Assembly: GCA_038064915.1 (NCBI GenBank)
Contig: JBBTSB010000011.1
Span: forward strand, 1 to 52,799
DNA: 52,799 nt
Origin: Patescibacteria group bacterium
GTDB lineage: Bacteria > Patescibacteriota > Minisyncoccia > 2-02-FULL-40-12 > IGHO2-01-FULL-4-A
Direction of reading: 5' to 3'
The position numbers and the translations under genes were made by a program. Positions 1 to 9,250 of this stretch are shown piece by piece; the first letter of the stretch is position 1; each line of letters starts with the position of its first letter. The notes below the pieces were generated by a model. That model had not been told where the DNA came from. It searched no databases and saw only the letters and a program-made list of their open reading frames with translations.

Positions 1-57
1 AGTCAGTGCTGATTTTTGATATAGTAGGTTCGAGCAATTTTAAGTATAGGGCACAGA

Positions 58-210
58 ATTGGAAGTCCAGAAAAATTGGGGTCTGAATCCGAAAAACCCC
101 CCGCCGATCCCCCCGCCGGATTGGGGAGGGAATGCAGGAATCCCGCCGTGAATCCGTAGGGTTCCCGAAAATCAAAATTGATGGTCTTGGCGGAAATGAG
201 ACGGTTCGTT
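58..210. repeat. Left arm of a 153-bp inverted repeat (inverted copy of the recombinase 3' region)
   Basis: 58-210 is the reverse complement of 1592-1744; one mismatch seen (67 vs 1735). Confidence 0.95.
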
Positions 211-230
211 GATGAGGCGAAAACAAAATC

Positions 231-1787
231 ATGGAAGCTACAAAATACTTTTTATACATCCGCAAATCTACCGATGAGGAAGGTCGACAAGTTCTTTCTC
301 TCGAAGCTCAACTCCATGAGCTCAAAGAGTTTGCAAAGAAAAATGATCTTGAGGTTATCGAAACGTTTGAGGAAAAGAAAACGGCCAAAGTTCCTGGTCG
401 TGAGGTATTTAATGCCATGCTCAATAAGATTGATGCCGACCTTCCTCATCGGATTGGCATTTTGAGTTGGAATACGGACAGATTGTCCAGAAACTCCGTG
501 GACGCTGGACGTATTATCTATCTACTCGACACAGGAAAACTGGTTGACTTGAAGTTCCCAAGTTTTGCTTTTGAAAACACGCCCAGCGGCAAGTTCTTCT
601 TGTCGATCTCATTAAGTAATGCCAAATACTATGTGGACAATCTGTCCGAAAATGTAAGTCGAGGGAACCGAGCCAAGCTTCGGCGAGGCGGTTGGCCAGG
701 AAGTAAACCTTTTGGTTATGCCTACGATCATCGCTTACGAAATATTGTCCCAGAACCAAGCGAGGCGAAGATCGTCAAGAAAATCTACGAGGAGTTTGCC
801 ACTGGCAAACATGGTCTTGAATCTATCTCTAACCGCCTCGCCGAGCTTACGGGGAAGAAACGAAAATCCTTCTATGGAATTGAGTATCTGCTCACCAACA
901 AAATATATATTGGCATAATGAATTGGAATGGGGAAGTCTATGAAGGAACCTACAAACCTATTATCTCCCAGCAATTGTTTGCGAAGGTACAAGAAACTCT
1001 GAATAGTCGGCGCAAGCCCCGCAAGAGCAAGAAACGACATGATTTTCCATTTGTAGGACTATTTAATTGCTCTTGCGGCTCGATGTTCACCGCACAGTTT
1101 GCAAAAGGCAATGGTGGTATCTATCGCTACTATCGGTGTACGAAAAAGAAAGGGGCTTGCGCCGAAAAATATATCCAGGAATGTGAATTGCAGAAACAAA
1201 TAGTGGAACGAGCGCAAACAATTGCTGTTCCCGAGGTGTGGACAACTGAAATGCTAGAGCACATAGATCAAGAAGAAAAGAAAGAATCTCAATCAGTTGA
1301 TGTCGTGACCCAAGACATCAACAAAAAAATATTCCTTGTGCAAGATAAGTTAGATAAATTATTGGAAGGTTATCTCGATAACTTGATAGATGAGGAAAGC
1401 TATAAGAAGAAAAAAGAGGATCTCGTCAATAAGAAAAACAATCTGAAACATGAGAAAGCGTCTCTCTCAACCACTCGGGCGAGTGGTTGGATCGAACCAA
1501 CTAGGGATTTCGTAAAAACCTTGATACAAGCCAAAAAGATCGCCTCATCGGAATCTCTACAAGAGATTCCCCAATTTTTAGAAAAAATTGGAACGAACCG
1601 TCTCATTTCCGCCAAGACCATCAATTTTGATTTTCGGGAACCCTACGGATTCACGGCGGGATTCCTGCATTCCCTCCCCAATCCGGCGGGGGGATCGGCG
1701 GGGGGTTTTTCGGATTCAGACCCCAATTTTTCTGAACTTCCAATCTGGTGCGCCCGGTTGGAATCGAACCAACGACCATCTCCTTAA
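231..1787 (+). CDS. Large serine recombinase (resolvase, recombinase, zinc ribbon and coiled-coil domains)
   Basis: N-terminal YIRKST catalytic Ser motif, DRLSRN, ENVSRG..KPFGY, CSCG...YYRC...C zinc ribbon, C-terminal coiled coil; abuts a tRNA. Confidence 0.93.
   Translation: MEATKYFLYIRKSTDEEGRQVLSLEAQLHELKEFAKKNDLEVIETFEEKKTAKVPGREVFNAMLNKIDADLPHRIGILSWNTDRLSRNSVDAGRIIYLLDTGKLVDLKFPSFAFENTPSGKFFLSISLSNAKYYVDNLSENVSRGNRAKLRRGGWPGSKPFGYAYDHRLRNIVPEPSEAKIVKKIYEEFATGKHGLESISNRLAELTGKKRKSFYGIEYLLTNKIYIGIMNWNGEVYEGTYKPIISQQLFAKVQETLNSRRKPRKSKKRHDFPFVGLFNCSCGSMFTAQFAKGNGGIYRYYRCTKKKGACAEKYIQECELQKQIVERAQTIAVPEVWTTEMLEHIDQEEKKESQSVDVVTQDINKKIFLVQDKLDKLLEGYLDNLIDEESYKKKKEDLVNKKNNLKHEKASLSTTRASGWIEPTRDFVKTLIQAKKIASSESLQEIPQFLEKIGTNRLISAKTINFDFREPYGFTAGFLHSLPNPAGGSAGGFSDSDPNFSELPIWCARLESNQRPSP
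1592..1744. repeat. Right arm of the 153-bp inverted repeat, inside the recombinase CDS and ending just before the tRNA CCA end
   Basis: Reverse complement of 58-210. Confidence 0.95.
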
Positions 1788-1821
1788 AAGGGAGCTGCTC
1801 TACCAGCTGAGCTACGGGCGC
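1746..1821 (-). tRNA. tRNA-Lys (anticodon TTT), CCA encoded
   Basis: Minus strand reads GCGCCCGTAGCTCAGCTGGTAGAGCAGCTCC-CTTTTAA-GGAGATGGTCGTTGGTTCGATTCCAACCGGGCGCACCA; 76-nt cloverleaf. Confidence 0.95.
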
Positions 1822-1831
1822 AGTTCCGATG

Positions 1832-2338
1832 CTACCGATACTTCGGATTCTCTTCTTTGAATTTTAACCTAAAATTTACCAACCTGGCAAGGGCAAATAA
1901 CATACTCGAAAGTCTATTGAGATATTGCAAGAGTTCGGGTGATGCCTTTGCTCGTACTGCCGCACGCTCGGCCCGGCGGGCAAGTGCGCGAGCATAGTCG
2001 AGTTTTGCACTTAATTCAGATGCTCCAGGAATGATAAATTTCTTGATCTGTGGCACGACCTTATCGATCGCCATGATCTCGCGCTGAAGGCGCTCGGTCA
2101 TGGATCGTGTAACGCGTAACGTGTATCGTCGCCCCATCGCTTTCATTCCAATTTCCGCTTGAGCAATAAAAAGATCTTCTTGAATCTGTTTGAGTTTTTT
2201 GTACCGACAAACCCCCAACCAAGAACTCAATTCATCCAGCGTGCCGAGAAGTTCAAATAGCGGATGGTCTTTGGCGATTTTTTTTTCGCCCATTTCACTC
2301 TTCCCCTTATCTCCCCGCCCGGTATAGTAAATCGTCAT
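1832..2338 (-). CDS. PduO-type cob(I)alamin adenosyltransferase
   Basis: YTGRGDKG, GTLDEL, IQEDLF, FIIPG, ARRAER and YLNRLSS motifs. Confidence 0.9.
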   Translation of the reverse strand: MTIYYTGRGDKGKSEMGEKKIAKDHPLFELLGTLDELSSWLGVCRYKKLKQIQEDLFIAQAEIGMKAMGRRYTLRVTRSMTERLQREIMAIDKVVPQIKKFIIPGASELSAKLDYARALARRAERAAVRAKASPELLQYLNRLSSMLFALARLVNFRLKFKEENPKYR

Positions 2339-2356
2339 GAGAAAAAACTAAAACCT

Positions 2357-4903
2357 TTAAAACGGTGCTATCTCGCGCCAACCGGGAATAATTGGCGTTC
2401 CTAAGATAACAGTTTTTTGGCGACTACAACTGAACCCTTCGTTGTCAGTAACTGTCAAGTTCGTTGGGTAGGTTTGTTCAAAGTAAAACGTATTTGTTGG
2501 GTTTTTTAATGACGAAGTTTTGTACTGGCAGGAGTCTTTTCCTTTTACTTTTTTGCAGGTCCATGTCCAGGCATTGGTCTTGCATCCGGCTCCCCCACAA
2601 ACGGTTGAATTGGTAAATTTCACTTCGTCGTCAACATTTGGTTTGCTCGGCGTCCAGGAAAAATTCACTTGGGGATAGGGGTGAGAAGGCGTCGTAAAAG
2701 AAATAGTCGAGGACCACGGCGAGGGCTTATCGGGAATTCCAAATGTATCCCACACCATGACACGGACGTAGTAGGTTGTTGCGTAGGAAAGGTTGGCAGC
2801 AAAGTAGGTTTTGTCGGCGCCAGATAATACGTCCGTATCGATCTCGGGGCTTGAAAAATTGTTATTATTGTCCACCTGCACACGCCGTGCCGACTGTGCA
2901 TCACCCGGATCGGGATCCGTAAATGTCCAAGTAATCGTCGCCCCCGGCCCGCTGGTGCAATAATTTGGCTGTGTGGCGGTAACACTTGATGCCGTAGGAG
3001 CTTTGTCGGCCACAACCGTAACCGGCTTGTGGCTTTCCTTTGCCTGCGCACCCCGCTCAACAATAACTTTTGGATAAAACGTACCCACCGTGCTGTAGGT
3101 GTGTGGCTGGGACAACGGATTCGTCGTAATATTGTCACACTTGTAGCCGTATATATTGCTACTGCAGGTAGTTGGTAACACACCGCACCCACCATCAGCG
3201 ATATCTTTATTCATATCCTGTACGCTCGTCGACATTGTATTGCAGTTCCACCACATACTGTAGTTGATCGTACCGGTTTCTCCTCCCCCAACCGTGGCTT
3301 GCAAAACCGTATCAAGCTTTTCAATGCCGCTCGTAGGATTTGCGGTAAGATTCACGGTGAGTGTCGGTCGTATCTGAAACCATTTATGGGTAAATCCATT
3401 CTCGGTGATGACAGCAGTCTGCGGATTCGGTCCCGTGCTTTCCCACCCAGCTGGATACGAAATGTTCACGGTATATGTTCCCACGGGCAGAAACACTCCA
3501 TAACTCGGGTCGGTATTGCATTTATTTAGCACGGTGGATCCAGTTATCGGTCCGGAATAATTGATAAAAATCCCCCCTTGAGTGGTAAAGTTCGTACATG
3601 GAAGATAACTTGAAGGATCACGAATATATGCCTCACCCACATCAAGAATTTGGTTTCCGTTTGAATCTTTCACAACACGACCCAAAAGACTCCCCACTGC
3701 CGTTGGAGGAAAGTAATGCCACCACAAATTTGCTTCGCGGTCGGCCATGACATTCACTAACGCCGAACTGCTCATCGTAGGCGGATTATTGTGACAATCT
3801 TCAGCATCATAACAAAGCGTATAGCCCACACTCCAACCTGCTGGTACGGTGACGGCAACAGTATGCGTACCTACCGGAGTACCTAGGTAGAAGTAGGGAT
3901 TGACCGTTTTAGGATTGGCACCATCCAGGGTGACAGTTTGTCCGGACGGTGGATTGGGGTTTGGATCGTTATAGGGCATTTTTACTTTGTAGCCCTGAAT
4001 GGTACCGGTGGACGTGGTAGGTGGAGGGCTTCCCACCTTCAGCCAACGGAGCTTGACTTGACCCGGTCCGCCTTCGTTGAAATACTCAAGCTTGATGGTA
4101 TGATTCCCACTTGAAAGAGTTTTCCGATAGGAGTAGTCCGGACAGCATTGCATCACCCACTTATTAATAACCAGCACGTTGTCGATATATAGCCGCACGC
4201 CGTCATCGACATCTTCAACATAGAAATCATAGTCACCGGCAGTAAAATTGAATGTCCCCTGCCAGCGAATGGAAAAGTCCCGGTAGTTCCAATAGAACCA
4301 ATCAAAGTTGGTGTTGATCGCCGTAAATGCATTGGGAGCCGGGTTACTCGCCGTTGGTCCTGATGAGGCGTTGGCAAGAGTGTGGGTCAACTTTTCGTTT
4401 ATTGGTACATCGTAGAAAGCACATCCAACCATCTTGTTGCTCCCCGGCCCGGGCGTCGTACACGACTGCGGCTCGGGAGGAGTTCCTTCGACGATGATTG
4501 GTTTATTTGAAGTTTCCTGGCCAAATAATCCATTTGGGAAAAATGCTTTTTGGTACATCCGCCACTGAAAGTTGTAGGTTCCAGGCGTCGGTGGAGCATT
4601 GATCGTAAACGCAATGGGAAATGATTGGCCGGGCAATACGTCAGATAACAAAACAACATCCGGTGGATCGCTCCAGTTGTTCCCGGTTAAATCCTTTAAA
4701 TAATAAGATCCCCCAGTTTTCCATGTCGTTGTCCCCGTATTTTTCATGGTGATGGAAATACGGACGTGTTGTTCGGGATACATAGTTGATGGAACATTTT
4801 GCCAGCTGACAAATTCGGCACTATCAGCTGCAGAGGCAGAAACAGCATGGAGTAAACCAGAACTGATGAGTATGAAAAACAAAACAATTCGAAGCAGTCG
4901 CAT
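2357..4903 (-). CDS. Large secreted/surface protein: signal peptide, NBR1-like Ig domain, PA14 domain, further Ig/Fn3/PKD-like modules
   Basis: Start placed at MRLLRIVLFF (signal peptide; TATACT lies 6 nt upstream). MKNTGTTTW...APPTPGTYNFQWRM, DFSIRWQG...DDGVRLYID...IKLEYF and LTVTD motifs. Confidence 0.8.
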   Translation of the reverse strand: MRLLRIVLFFILISSGLLHAVSASAADSAEFVSWQNVPSTMYPEQHVRISITMKNTGTTTWKTGGSYYLKDLTGNNWSDPPDVVLLSDVLPGQSFPIAFTINAPPTPGTYNFQWRMYQKAFFPNGLFGQETSNKPIIVEGTPPEPQSCTTPGPGSNKMVGCAFYDVPINEKLTHTLANASSGPTASNPAPNAFTAINTNFDWFYWNYRDFSIRWQGTFNFTAGDYDFYVEDVDDGVRLYIDNVLVINKWVMQCCPDYSYRKTLSSGNHTIKLEYFNEGGPGQVKLRWLKVGSPPPTTSTGTIQGYKVKMPYNDPNPNPPSGQTVTLDGANPKTVNPYFYLGTPVGTHTVAVTVPAGWSVGYTLCYDAEDCHNNPPTMSSSALVNVMADREANLWWHYFPPTAVGSLLGRVVKDSNGNQILDVGEAYIRDPSSYLPCTNFTTQGGIFINYSGPITGSTVLNKCNTDPSYGVFLPVGTYTVNISYPAGWESTGPNPQTAVITENGFTHKWFQIRPTLTVNLTANPTSGIEKLDTVLQATVGGGETGTINYSMWWNCNTMSTSVQDMNKDIADGGCGVLPTTCSSNIYGYKCDNITTNPLSQPHTYSTVGTFYPKVIVERGAQAKESHKPVTVVADKAPTASSVTATQPNYCTSGPGATITWTFTDPDPGDAQSARRVQVDNNNNFSSPEIDTDVLSGADKTYFAANLSYATTYYVRVMVWDTFGIPDKPSPWSSTISFTTPSHPYPQVNFSWTPSKPNVDDEVKFTNSTVCGGAGCKTNAWTWTCKKVKGKDSCQYKTSSLKNPTNTFYFEQTYPTNLTVTDNEGFSCSRQKTVILGTPIIPGWREIAPF

Positions 4904-4933
4904 AGTACAAGTATAGTCGATCGTTTGAAATTG

Positions 4934-4969
4934 AAAAGGTCCCGGCAGGCGCAAGCGCCCACCGGAACC
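4934..4969 (-). terminator. Intrinsic terminator after the lipoprotein gene
   Basis: Minus strand GGTTCCGGTGGGCGC-TT-GCGCCTGCCGGGACC followed by TTTT. Confidence 0.7.
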
Positions 4970-4993
4970 GCATTCGAAGGAGCTCTCCCCCTC

Positions 4994-5503
4994 CTATCCG
5001 GTGGGGGGGTCGGGGAAGTCGACAAGCCTGGTGGCCTTGTTGATTCCCTCCTGAACGGGCGTCCCGTTGGGAATACGGGACGCCCCCTCGTCCGACGGAA
5101 AGATCTCGATCGTGATCCGGCGTCCGATGATCGTACGCCCGAGGCGCTCGGTCGTCGGAACGCTCAGGGTCACCGTCCCGGTGTTCGGGACGAGGATGCC
5201 GGACCCAGCGGAACACTTTCCGAATCCCTCGGGCAGCCAGCCCCAGGGAATGTCCGGCTCGAGGCAGACAGTCCCGGTGTCGAACCAGGACACGCGGGGC
5301 ACGGAAAAGCCCCATTTGATGGTGAGATCGCGATTCTTCCCTTGAATAGCGACATCGGCCGCGACGATCCTGACGTTAGCGTCCGTGATCACCGCGGGTG
5401 TTGGCTCCGGGTCCGGACCCGGTAGCTTGGGGGCGGTCGACGAACCCCCACATCCAGCGAGAACCGCGGCGGTCGACAGCACCGCGGCGAGAAACTTATT
5501 CAC
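4994..5503 (-). CDS. Hypothetical lipoprotein (GC-rich)
   Basis: MNKFLAAVLSTAAVLAG-C lipobox; AGGAGG SD upstream of the GTG start. Confidence 0.75.
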   Translation of the reverse strand: MNKFLAAVLSTAAVLAGCGGSSTAPKLPGPDPEPTPAVITDANVRIVAADVAIQGKNRDLTIKWGFSVPRVSWFDTGTVCLEPDIPWGWLPEGFGKCSAGSGILVPNTGTVTLSVPTTERLGRTIIGRRITIEIFPSDEGASRIPNGTPVQEGINKATRLVDFPDPPTG

Positions 5504-5589
5504 TTTCCTTCCTCCTTGCTCACCAAACCGGGCGAGCGTCGGTGGAGGTCTCGGGGTTTGCGCATTGCCCCGGAACTCCTTCTGTTACT

Positions 5590-5618
5590 ACTTTACCCCA
5601 TTTTCAGGGCAAAGTCAA
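5590..5618 (-). promoter_or_regulatory. Sigma70-type promoter for the lipoprotein gene
   Basis: TTGACT-N17-TAAAGT on the minus strand. Confidence 0.6.
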
Positions 5619-5727
5619 CTACCCCATTATATCACATTTTATAGGACGTAATCCACAAGCTGTACTGGTGTGTACTAACCATGTTATGCACTATAGACTG
5701 TTTTGTGCTAGACTTTTTACTATTATC

Positions 5728-6411
5728 GTGGCCAATGGACGCTATCAAATAGAAAAGCTCACGGAGTTTGACAATCATGATTTTGTGAGTTTTATTCACA
5801 ACGGACGAACCGACCTAAACGGTTTTATTGCAATTCATCGTGGAAGCGCCACGCGACTTTCATTTGGGGCGACGCGTTTTTGGCATTATGCTACAGAGGA
5901 TGAAGCTCTATGCGACGCACTTCGTCTTTCGCGAATGATGTCATTTAAAGCAGCACTTGCAGGACTAAACTATGGTGGTGCTAAGGCGGTGATTTTACAA
6001 CATGGATCTCAAAGCCCCGCACAACGTAAACAACTTCTCCAAACCTATGCGGAAAAGGTGAATTATCTTGCTGGAAGATTTATCACTGGCACCGATGTGG
6101 GATTGGAGCAATCTGACGTAAAGATCATGTCTCGCGTAAGCCCGTATTTTGTGGGACTTAAAGTTGATCCCACTAAATATACTGCTATTGGGTTATATCA
6201 CTCAATCAAAACTTGCCTGGAAGAGGTGTACGGATCTTCACATACTAAAGATCGCAGTTTTGCTATTCAGGGGCTTGGAAAAATTGGTTTTGAACTACTG
6301 CGTTTATTGTACCAGGAGGGCGGACAAATTACCGTTTCTGAAATCAATGCGGAACGACTTTATCTATTTTCAAAATCTCTTCTTCTAATATCTTCGTTTT
6401 CTCCTTTGTAA
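5728..6411 (+). pseudogene. 3'-truncated Glu/Leu/Phe/Val dehydrogenase
   Basis: GFIAIH, GATR, GGAKAVI, TGTDVG and IQGLGKIG are present. Homology to the neighbouring full paralogue stops at EINAER (~6355), after which the frame reads into antisense pduO sequence. Confidence 0.8.
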
Positions 6412-6666
6412 TTTTTATTTTACCTGCCCGAACGACCATTCGGTCGGGCGGGCTTTTTTGCCCCATTGCTGCCAAACAATTTCCGCCTGGGCAATAAACA
6501 AATCTTCCTGAATGGGCTTAAGCCTTTTATCCTGACAAAATCCCAGCCAACTATTCAATTCGTCCAGTGCGCCAAGCGCCTCAAAAAGCGGATCGTCTTT
6601 GGCGATCTTCCTCGCCCCCATCGCACTCTTTCCTTTATCGCCTTTTCCTGTGAAGTAGATGGTCAC
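6350..6666 (-). pseudogene. Frameshifted, 3'-truncated second PduO-type adenosyltransferase
   Basis: VTIYFTGKGDKG...IQEDLFIAQAEI, then a 1-nt frameshift at ~6477; the shifted frame continues LAAMG...ILEEEILKIDKVVP, matching 1832-2338, then breaks off. Confidence 0.85.
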
Positions 6667-6785
6667 GTTTGAACAATAACCCCCTTTTATTCCCCTTTCA
6701 ATAAGGGGGAAAGATGGATGACCGATAACCTGGCTCAAAACAAGTTTTTACGGTATAATGAATCCTAGTTTTTCAATCGTAGAGT

Positions 6786-7835
6786 ATGGCTGATTTTGAT
6801 ATAGCAAAACTGCCGGAATTTGACCGCCACGAAATGGTGAGCTGTTTTCAAGACCAAAAAACAGGCCTCAAGGGCTACATTGCCATCCACAACACCAATA
6901 TCGGCCCAGCAACTGGTGGCACACGCATGTACGAATATGCTTCTGACGTAGATGCTTTGCGCGATGTCCTCCTGCTTTCCAAGGCTATGACGTACAAGTG
7001 TGCCTTGGCAGGCGTGAAGTTTGGCGGCGGCAAAGCTGTTATCATCTGTAACCCAAAAAACAAAACCAAGGAACTCTTGCGCACTTTTGGCAAGAAAGTT
7101 AATTATTTCGGCGGTATGTTCACGACTGGTACTGACGCCGGCATATCTGACCAAGATGCCACACTGATGGCTTCTTCAAGCAAGTATATTCTAGGTCAGG
7201 AAAACGGCATCAAAAAAGCGCATACATCGGATATGGCTGCTTTGGGCGTATACTATGGAATTAAAACCTGTTTTGAAGAACTCTACGGCTCTCCAGACCC
7301 TGCAGGAAAAACCATTGCTATTAAAGGTCTTGGCAAGCTCGGAGGCGAATTGGCACGGCTTTTGCTTCAGGACGACGCCAACATCATTGGAGCAGAAACA
7401 GACAAGGACGTCGTGATGGCGATAAAAAATAAGTTCCCAAAAATCACGTTTGTAAGCCACGAAGACATTCATAAGCAGGTCTGCGATTTGTATTCGCCGT
7501 GCGCGCTCGGCAATGATCTCACGCCAAAAGTCATTCGTGAACTACGGACTAAAGCCATCGCCGGAGGTGCCAATAACCAATTGGCGACTTCTGAAATAGG
7601 ATATAAACTCCATGAGATGGGCATATTGTATGCGCCGGATTATGTTGCCAACGCCGGCGGCCTTATCAACATTGTGGATGAGCTTGAAAAAAACGGCTAT
7701 CAGCGCAAACGAGTCCAGACCAGAATCAAAAAAATTAGTAAAACCCTGAGAACAATTTTTGCCCTTGCAAAACAGAAAAGTATTTCCACACATCTTATTG
7801 CTGACCAAATGGCCGAGAATATTTTCAAAAGATGA
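6786..7835 (+). CDS. Glu/Leu/Phe/Val dehydrogenase (leucine dehydrogenase-like)
   Basis: GPATGGTRM, MTYKCALAG, GGGKAVI, GLGKLG, PCALG, GGANNQL and APDYVANAGG motifs. Confidence 0.92.
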   Translation: MADFDIAKLPEFDRHEMVSCFQDQKTGLKGYIAIHNTNIGPATGGTRMYEYASDVDALRDVLLLSKAMTYKCALAGVKFGGGKAVIICNPKNKTKELLRTFGKKVNYFGGMFTTGTDAGISDQDATLMASSSKYILGQENGIKKAHTSDMAALGVYYGIKTCFEELYGSPDPAGKTIAIKGLGKLGGELARLLLQDDANIIGAETDKDVVMAIKNKFPKITFVSHEDIHKQVCDLYSPCALGNDLTPKVIRELRTKAIAGGANNQLATSEIGYKLHEMGILYAPDYVANAGGLINIVDELEKNGYQRKRVQTRIKKISKTLRTIFALAKQKSISTHLIADQMAENIFKR

Positions 7836-9250
7836 AGAGTGTCCTACATTTATTCCACGATGCGGCTAAGCGCGTACCGGCATACAAAGATTTTCTTCGG
7901 AAAAATGGCGTTCGGCCGGACAAAGTAACGACATGGGAAAATTTTCAGCACATACCACCGGTTAGCCGCGCCAATTATCTGCGCCAATATCCGCTTGAAC
8001 AGCTCTGCTGGGATGGCACATTCCAGGATATGTCGCTCGTATTCACCGCAACCTCCGGATCAACCGGCGAGCCGTTCTATTTTCCCCGCAACGATGCCAT
8101 TGACCGGCAGTCGGCAATGTACCACGAGTTATTTCTAAAGAACGTTGGCACGCCTAAGGCCAGTACGTTAGTTATCATAGCTTTTGGCATGGGGGTTTGG
8201 ATTGGCGGAATTATCACGTACCAGGCGTTTAAATATTTGTCACAAAAAGGATATTCTCTTACGATACTGACTCCGGGCGTCAATAAAAAAGAAATCTTCG
8301 CCGCTCTCAAACATATTGCTCCGAGTTTTGGCAATGTTATTATCTGCGCCTATCCCCCATTTCTAAAAGATATTATTGACGAGGGCAAACGCCAGGGCGT
8401 GGATTGGAAGAAATTCAACCTGCGTATTGTCTGCGCCGCCGAAGCATTTTCCGAAAAATTCCGCGATTATATTGTCCGCAAAGCTCATCTCAAGAATCCG
8501 CTAACTGACATTATGAATATCTATGGCAGTGCCGATATCGGCACGATGGCCGAAGAATCGCCGGTGAGTATTTTGATCCGCAGGATGGCGGTTGCCAACA
8601 AAAAACTCCACACGGCTCTGTTCCCGCTTTTAAATCGTCTGCCTACATTTGCGCAGTTCAATCCCGAATTTATCCAGTTCGAAGCGGTGAATAAAAATAT
8701 CTACCTGACCGGGGACAGCGCCCTGCCGCTTATCCGCTACGAAATCGGCGACCATGGCGGTGTTTTGTCGTATGATGAAGTGACAGTCATCCTTAAAAAA
8801 CATGGCATTGACCTCGCCCGAGAAGCAAGGAAAGCCGGCATCACTAAGACCATCCTCAAACATCCCTTTGTCTACATCTATGAGAGGGCTGACTTATCCA
8901 CTAAGCTCTATGGCGCTATCATTTATCCCGAACATGTGAAAGAGGGCATCAGCCACCCATCGCTTGAGGACTCCATCACCGGCAAATTCACGATGATGAC
9001 CAAGCACGATCCTCGGCAAAATGAATTTCTTGAAATCAACATTGAACTCAAGCCCGATGTTGTAATAACCGAAAGTCTAGAAAAAAAGATCGGCGAACGA
9101 ATTTCAACAGCGCTCCTGGAGCACAACGCGGAGCATCGCAACAATGCCGGCATGATGGGAGACCGCGTGAAACCCCAGCTGAAGTTTTGGAATTATGAGC
9201 ATCCGGAACACTTCAGGCCGGGAATAAAACAAAAATGGGTAAAAAAATAG
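7832..9250 (+). CDS. Phenylacetate-CoA ligase (PaaK)-family adenylating enzyme
   Basis: RVPAYKDF, ATSGSTGEP P-loop, YGSADIG, PLIRYEIGD; ATGA overlap with the upstream gene. Confidence 0.85.
   Translation: MKSVLHLFHDAAKRVPAYKDFLRKNGVRPDKVTTWENFQHIPPVSRANYLRQYPLEQLCWDGTFQDMSLVFTATSGSTGEPFYFPRNDAIDRQSAMYHELFLKNVGTPKASTLVIIAFGMGVWIGGIITYQAFKYLSQKGYSLTILTPGVNKKEIFAALKHIAPSFGNVIICAYPPFLKDIIDEGKRQGVDWKKFNLRIVCAAEAFSEKFRDYIVRKAHLKNPLTDIMNIYGSADIGTMAEESPVSILIRRMAVANKKLHTALFPLLNRLPTFAQFNPEFIQFEAVNKNIYLTGDSALPLIRYEIGDHGGVLSYDEVTVILKKHGIDLAREARKAGITKTILKHPFVYIYERADLSTKLYGAIIYPEHVKEGISHPSLEDSITGKFTMMTKHDPRQNEFLEINIELKPDVVITESLEKKIGERISTALLEHNAEHRNNAGMMGDRVKPQLKFWNYEHPEHFRPGIKQKWVKK

Noticed and set aside
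178-465. ORFs starting MMVLAEMRRFV at 178 (+) and 1624 (-)
   Set aside because: Shadow frames produced by the inverted repeat; both overlap the recombinase.
5398-5727. N-terminal extension of the 337-aa dehydrogenase ORF
   Set aside because: It overlaps the lipoprotein gene and its promoter; homology to the paralogue begins only near 5728.
6680-6710. CCCC/GGGG-rich motif as a terminator
   Set aside because: It lies between divergent genes with weak pairing and no U tract; function unsupported.
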